Shown here: piece by piece, positions 58,513 through 64,000 of the stretch | Layout of the letters: every line of letters begins with the position of its first letter | How positions within the stretch are numbered: the first letter of the stretch is position 1 | Assembly (NCBI GenBank): GCA_002633005.1 | Contig: NMRA01000887.1 | Coordinates: 45,142-109,141, forward strand | DNA: 64,000 bases | Direction of reading: 5' to 3' | Source: Phoronis australis | Lineage: Eukaryota; Animalia; Phoronida | The notes under the pieces: generated by a model | The model's input: the letters and a program-made list of their open reading frames with translations, nothing else | The model's database searches: none | Told to the model about the DNA's origin: nothing | Program-made: the position numbers and the translations under genes

Positions 58513-60725
58513 TCAACTGTTCTTCTGCCACAAGGTTGCGTGCATGTCACGACAAATTAATCAACAATGTCACGCGAAAGTCGAAATAATATTTCTATTT
58601 TCCAATTTTTCAATAACAACGTGTTGAGAGTACAGATCATATAGAAATTCTCCCACAGGCAAGTTTCACGAGATTTGCTGATAAAAATCAAATAATTAAG
58701 TCAACATAATTTAAGTTACGTTATATAATTTACAATTTTTAACAAACAACTGCAGAAAATTGGAAAGTATTTGAAGATGTTTTAATTCAAAGTATGAAGC
58801 TATTGCCACGACAGTCTCGAAAATTTAAGTTGAAAAATTGTCCAGGTTTCGTGTCCGATCCCCCCGATTCCTGTTTGTTTAAACGTCTGGGTTTTTGATT
58901 TTCGAGGTGTTTAAGTGCCTTGAAGGTGCGCAAGTCTGTTTTCGACTCCAAGATATCTGTTATACACCGGCATTCCTGTTTCGATGGAACACCCAGAGTA
59001 TACTAGGCGTAAACTAACAACTTCTTGAAAGAATGATTCTATAAAACTAGAATAACACAGTATAAAATTTAGAATAAAAAAATTACTTCCTGGGGGACTC
59101 CTATTAAACACCTTAATTTTCCATGCTTTTAAAACCTGAACTGATGCTTTGGTCACCATCTTGAATTTGACAACGCCACCTGAGACTTGTTTATGGGAAA
59201 TGAAATGAGTTCTGACACTTTTACAGAAATTGCCGGAATATCACGGGTACTATAATTTTGACATTCTCAGCAGTTTTATATCAAAATGAAAACTAACGGT
59301 ATATTCTAGCAATTTAGCTCCAAATTACTGCAGAACAATAACCAGAACAATGCCTTCTGCTTCATGAATGACAGAAACAGCGCCTATGAAAGTAAATAAA
59401 ATCTACCTTTGTTTTAATGGCGTCAGGGCGGCGGCAAATCATTGCGCAGACGGTAATTCCCATAACCAAGCTTCAAATGGCTAAACTGATCAGCACCATC
59501 ATGAGGCTTGGGGACGTGGCTGGTGCGGGTCGGTCAAAACAATGCACCTATGCCAAGGTGTTCTATGAATTGGTGCGAGCCATCCTCGCCCGACCTTGCT
59601 TAGTTGTCGAAACTCNTCAACTGTTCTTCTGCCACAAGGTTGCGTACATGCCACAACAAATTAATCAACAATGTCACGCGAAAGTCGAAATAATATTTCT
59701 ATTTTCCAATTTTTCAATAACAACGTGTTGAGAGTACAGATCATATAGAAATTCTACCACAGGCAAGTTTCACGAGATTTGCTGATAAAAATCAAATAAT
59801 TAAGTCAATATAATTTAAGTTACGTTTTACAATTTTTAACAAACAACGGCAGAAAATTGGAAAGTATTTGAAGATGTTTTAATTCAAAGTATGAAGCTAT
59901 TGCCACGACAGTCTCGAAAATTTAAGTTGAAAAATTGTCCAGGTTTCGTGTCTGATCCCCCCGATTCCTGTTTGTTTAAACGTCTGGGTTTTTGTTTTTC
60001 TAGGTGTTTAACTGCCTTGAAGGTGCGCAAGTCTGTTTTCGACTCCAAGATATCTGTTATACACTGGCATTCCTGTTTCGATGGAATACCCAGAGTATAC
60101 TAGGCGTAAACTAACAACTTCTTGAATCTATACTTCAAAGAATGATTCTATAAAACTAGAATAACACAGTATAAAATTTAGAATAAAAAAATTACTTCCT
60201 GGGGGACTCCTATTAAACAGCTTAATTTTCCATGCTTTTAAAACCTGAAATGATGCTTTGGCCACCATCTTGAATTTGACAACGCCACTTGAGACTTGTT
60301 TATGGGAAATGAAATGAGTTCTGACACTTTTACAGAAATTGCCGGAATATCACGGGTACTATAATTTTGACATTCTCAGCAGTTTTATATCAAAATGAAA
60401 ACTAACGGTATATTCCAACAATTTAGCTCCAAATTACTGCAGAACAATAACCAGAACAATGCCTTCTGCTTCATGAATGACAGAAACAGCGCCTGTGAAA
60501 GTAAATAAAATCTACCTTTGTTTTAATGGCGCCAAGGCGGCGGCAAATCATTGCGTAGACGGTAATTCCCATAACCAAGCCTCAAATGGCTAAACTGATC
60601 AGCACCATCATGAGGCTTGGGGACGTGGCTGGTGCGGGTCGGTCAAAACCATGCACCTATGCCAAGGTGTTCTATGAATTGGTGTGAGCCATCCTCGCCC
60701 AACATTGCTTAGTTGTCGAAACTCA
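58513..60725. repeat. ~1.1-kb near-identical tandem duplication (58513-59615 / 59617-60725)
   Basis: Both units start TCAACTGTTCTTCTGCCACAAGG. A single N sits at the junction (59616), so this may be an assembly artefact. Confidence 0.85.
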
Positions 60726-61941
60726 CCCCCCCCCCCTCCCTATCATATCAGTCGGAATTGTTTCAACCCTGACTCTGACCCCACTCAAACTTAAGAAACG
60801 AACTCATCAACTCTGAATTCCTGAAACTTCAAATAAGCATTTGCGCGGCCAAACAATGATCTGAACATTTGTTTTTGAGAGTTCCGTTAAATCAATACAA
60901 AAATCCCTTCAAAGTAGTAACGCAAAGAACAATTACGCTTAGAAAACATGACAACCGTTTCCAAAGCAACTCATTTTGATGCTCTCTTAGTGTAGGCCTA
61001 GTTGTATTAGTAGCTAATTTGTTCCAGGCCAGTTCGATTTTCCCAGGTCTGGGTTCACCAGAGGCCACATAGCTTGATGGTCCGTGAACGTCAACAACCG
61101 GCCCACGTGTTTTCACGGAAAATTTACGTTTGAAGTAAATTTCAAAGAAACTTAGCCCACACCTCGATTATTTCAAGGTACATGTTGCAATCAATGTGAT
61201 AAATATTGCAGGTCCCCGGGATAGTACGACTATTTCAGAAAATGTTTAGACATAAATTAAGTTCAGAAATGAAAAAAAAAACGTTGCAGCCCGTCTGTGT
61301 TTCTTTAGAGTCGATGTGGTTTTTAGTAGCACATTTTAACAAGTCACGTAATCTAACCTGAAGTGGCTCAAGCCGTCCAGTGGCGCAGGCGTACTTCTCT
61401 AAAACGTTGTTGGGAATTGTTTTTAAAACGTTTCACTTTTGCATCAAGGGTTGTCAAAAAGTAGGATTTATATGATATTTATGGGAAAATTTAAAGTTGT
61501 ATCAAACGAAAACGAAACGATGATTTGCAACACTGCAACAAAGCCTTTGAGAGTTTACCTTGAACGTTTATGTCAAACGAAATCTGGTCGTGTTGATGAC
61601 ACCTTTGCTTTGTTGTATAATGCAACTTTCTTTCCCCTAAATTTCACTAAAAAAGACATGGTTCAAGACCTATTGCTACAAAATCGAGAATCTGTTTCTA
61701 CATTCTTAGTACTTTCAGAAAAAAAATATGATTTTACGAACTTAAAAATCAATCCTTTTGTAGATATTTGGCGCAGATTTCTCGTCGAGGTCCTGGCCTA
61801 CTTACATGTAGCGTTAGACCTCACGCCTGAAAATGAATGACAGCCCAGAATTTAAACGGTCCAATTCAATAATTACTTTTAAACTTAATATTAAAAAGTG
61901 GCTGTAATTTACCTAGCCTTTTTATACCCTACTTGCCTTAA

Positions 61942-62423
61942 AGGCGAAGGCAACCTTTTTTCATGTCACTTTTTAGCAAAAATAAGGTTCGTTGATTATC
62001 CCAGACACATTTTTCACTTAATTACAGCTTTTCGTAATTTGATTAATTTCTCGTCCTCTACTCCGGAAGTGACGTTTTTGGGAGGCAAGAGATTCGCGCC
62101 AATTTCTTTTCATTATAGTCAGACTGTGAGAGCTGTCGAGTCAGCAACAGCGTGGCATGTTGACTGACTCGTAAGCAAAAGCAAACGACGACCGAACTTA
62201 TCACAACCGAGGTAAAACAATGACTGACTCGACTGCTCTCACAGTCAAACTATATGAAAAGAAATTGGCGCGAAATTCTTGCCTCCCAAAACGTCACTTA
62301 AGGAGTAGACGACGAGTAATTGATTGAATTACGAAAAGCAGTAAATAAGTGAAAAATGTGTCTGGTATAATCTACGAACCTTATTTTTGCTAAAAATGAC
62401 ATGAAAAAAGGTTGCCTTCGCCT
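61942..62423. mobile_element. Kolobok-like MITE with long TIRs and TTAA TSD
   Basis: TTAA|AGGCGAAGGCAACCTTTTTTCATG ... CATGAAAAAAGGTTGCCTTCGCCT|TTAA with ~200-bp inverted arms. Confidence 0.85.
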
Positions 62424-62469
62424 TTAATGGTGTCATTTTTCCCATTGCCATCAATACTCTCACTGTTTA

Positions 62470-62700
62470 TAGTCATCTCTTTATTTATTTCATCTCTTAG
62501 TTAAATTTTCACCATTCTTCGTAATTATTTATTGTCTTAATTCTCAACCTGTTTTAATTGTATCTTTGTCACGTATGTTAATTATTGTTTTATTACTTCA
62601 TTGTATTATATTACTGTTTTTGTTGTTGAGGGCCCTCTTGGAAAGCAGTACTATCACGGAAGATGTCGCCCTCATATCACAATAAATAAATAAATAAAAA
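62470..62700 (+). mobile_element. LINE/SINE 3' tail
   Basis: T-rich tract, then a GAGGGC...GCCCTC stem and an (AATA)n tail. Confidence 0.45.
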
Positions 62701-64000
62701 GGTGTGATTGACCAATCAGAATGCTGCATTCCGGACACTTCGCCATCTTGTCCGACAGACATTAGTGGCTGTCTGACAAAACACGTTCTACTGTAATGTG
62801 CATTTTAAATGGTAAGGGATGTTGTTATGGTGTGTGTAATTCAGTCAGTCGTTATACCGACAGAGATGAAAGTCCTGTCAATTTCTGGCCTTTTCCAAAG
62901 CCTAAAAGTGATGATGTAATGAGCAAACGTTAAACTGTGTGTACGCCCGCACGAGCAGCCTAACCCGTCAACATTGTTTGACCACTCGAAAGCTAAACAC
63001 AAGTATGTTCTAAGGTATGCACTCTTTTTAATATTTCTTCGCAATATATGAATTTTGGCTCTGGCTTACGGTCTTGTTAAGTGTTTGACCCGTCGTTTTA
63101 TGCAATCACTTTCTGCCGTTTCAGTATAATCATACATGTCAACCATTTCCATAGCACGAAAACGAGTAAAAATATAGTCAATCAAGAGTGAAAAAGCATT
63201 GCATGCCTACCTACTTACCTATTAGAGGCGCTTACATCTAGTACAGACTGTGAGTGTTGTTACAGGCCTAGGCCTATTCCTTGGTAACTCCTCTTGGCCC
63301 TGTCGAGCAAGGCTCGTGATATGTTAGTTTCGACAAGAATTGCCAGTAAGGATTGAAAACTTTATTATGAACATCGGAGAAAATGCACATTAATTCCCGA
63401 AAATACGTAGCATTTTGGCGCTACGCCGTGGCACTGCAGAAACGACAAGCACGTAGCAAATACGCAATGTCCGTATTCACGTACGTAGTATAACTCATTT
63501 CCGCAGTCGGCAAGCCTAGTTTGGCTTAGTTAAGTCTTTATTCAGAGGTCATAATCACGGTCAGCACTCAAGCACTGACCGGGTTAGGCTGGTGTTGCTT
63601 CATCAAAATCACTACTTTTGAAAAGTAAATTTGTATGGTTACAGTTATTCCGAATTTCGACTTGTCAAGTGTGTCTGTCACGGCGCCGGCTCGACCATCG
63701 GCGATCACTGCAGACCCCGAGTAGCCAAGGGTGGTTTGAGGGGTTCGATCCAACCCCCCCCCCCGTATGAGTATGAGTTCGGAGGTTGCACAGACCGGGC
63801 CCCGGTTGAACACAGTCACAGTCGAAGGAGGTGGGGTACTGCAACGGCGAATTTATTCATTCCCAAAACATTTCTATAATAAAATACAGTTGCATGCTTC
63901 CTCCACTAGTTATTCGTTTAATATTAATTTTTTGATAAGAATTCAAATAAAATAACTTTGTTGGCCGCTCTTGCTCGTGCTAAACATTGGTTACAACAAC

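Larger units (their letters stand above)
37963..61805. repeat. Segmental duplication copy B
   Basis: Same order and orientation as 7387-19500. Expanded by insertions at 43557-47935, ~49030-57105 and ~59180-60720. Confidence 0.88.

Overview
This is AT-rich, intron-containing eukaryotic DNA with scaffold gaps. It is probably a marine invertebrate (a deuterostome such as a hemichordate is a guess, not established). Three things dominate the window. (1) A direct segmental duplication (~7.4-19.5 kb and ~38.0-61.8 kb) carries two apparently intact minus-strand multi-exon genes. Each encodes a bacterial-type HExxH...EYFAE zinc metallopeptidase, a Gly-Thr linker and two ShK domains. A frameshifted orphan third copy of one exon lies at ~32 kb. 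(2) Between the copies is a spliced, lightly decayed RAG1-like/Chapaev-type transposase gene (23811-27040, +). It has the RAG1 N-terminal zinc motifs (H-x7-CRIC, D-x4-H-x4-CxxC), a RING plus zinc finger, and a full DDE core with CxxC/HxxxxH zinc ligands. No RAG2-like partner or confirmed termini are visible. (3) A dense layer of other mobile elements: a Gypsy pol with LTR, L1/Tx1 and other LINE fragments, a THAP/P-like element with a 7-bp TSD, a YqaJ-carrying element, a Kolobok-like TTAA MITE and several 5-bp-TSD MITEs. Most short ORFs in the supplied track are spurious.
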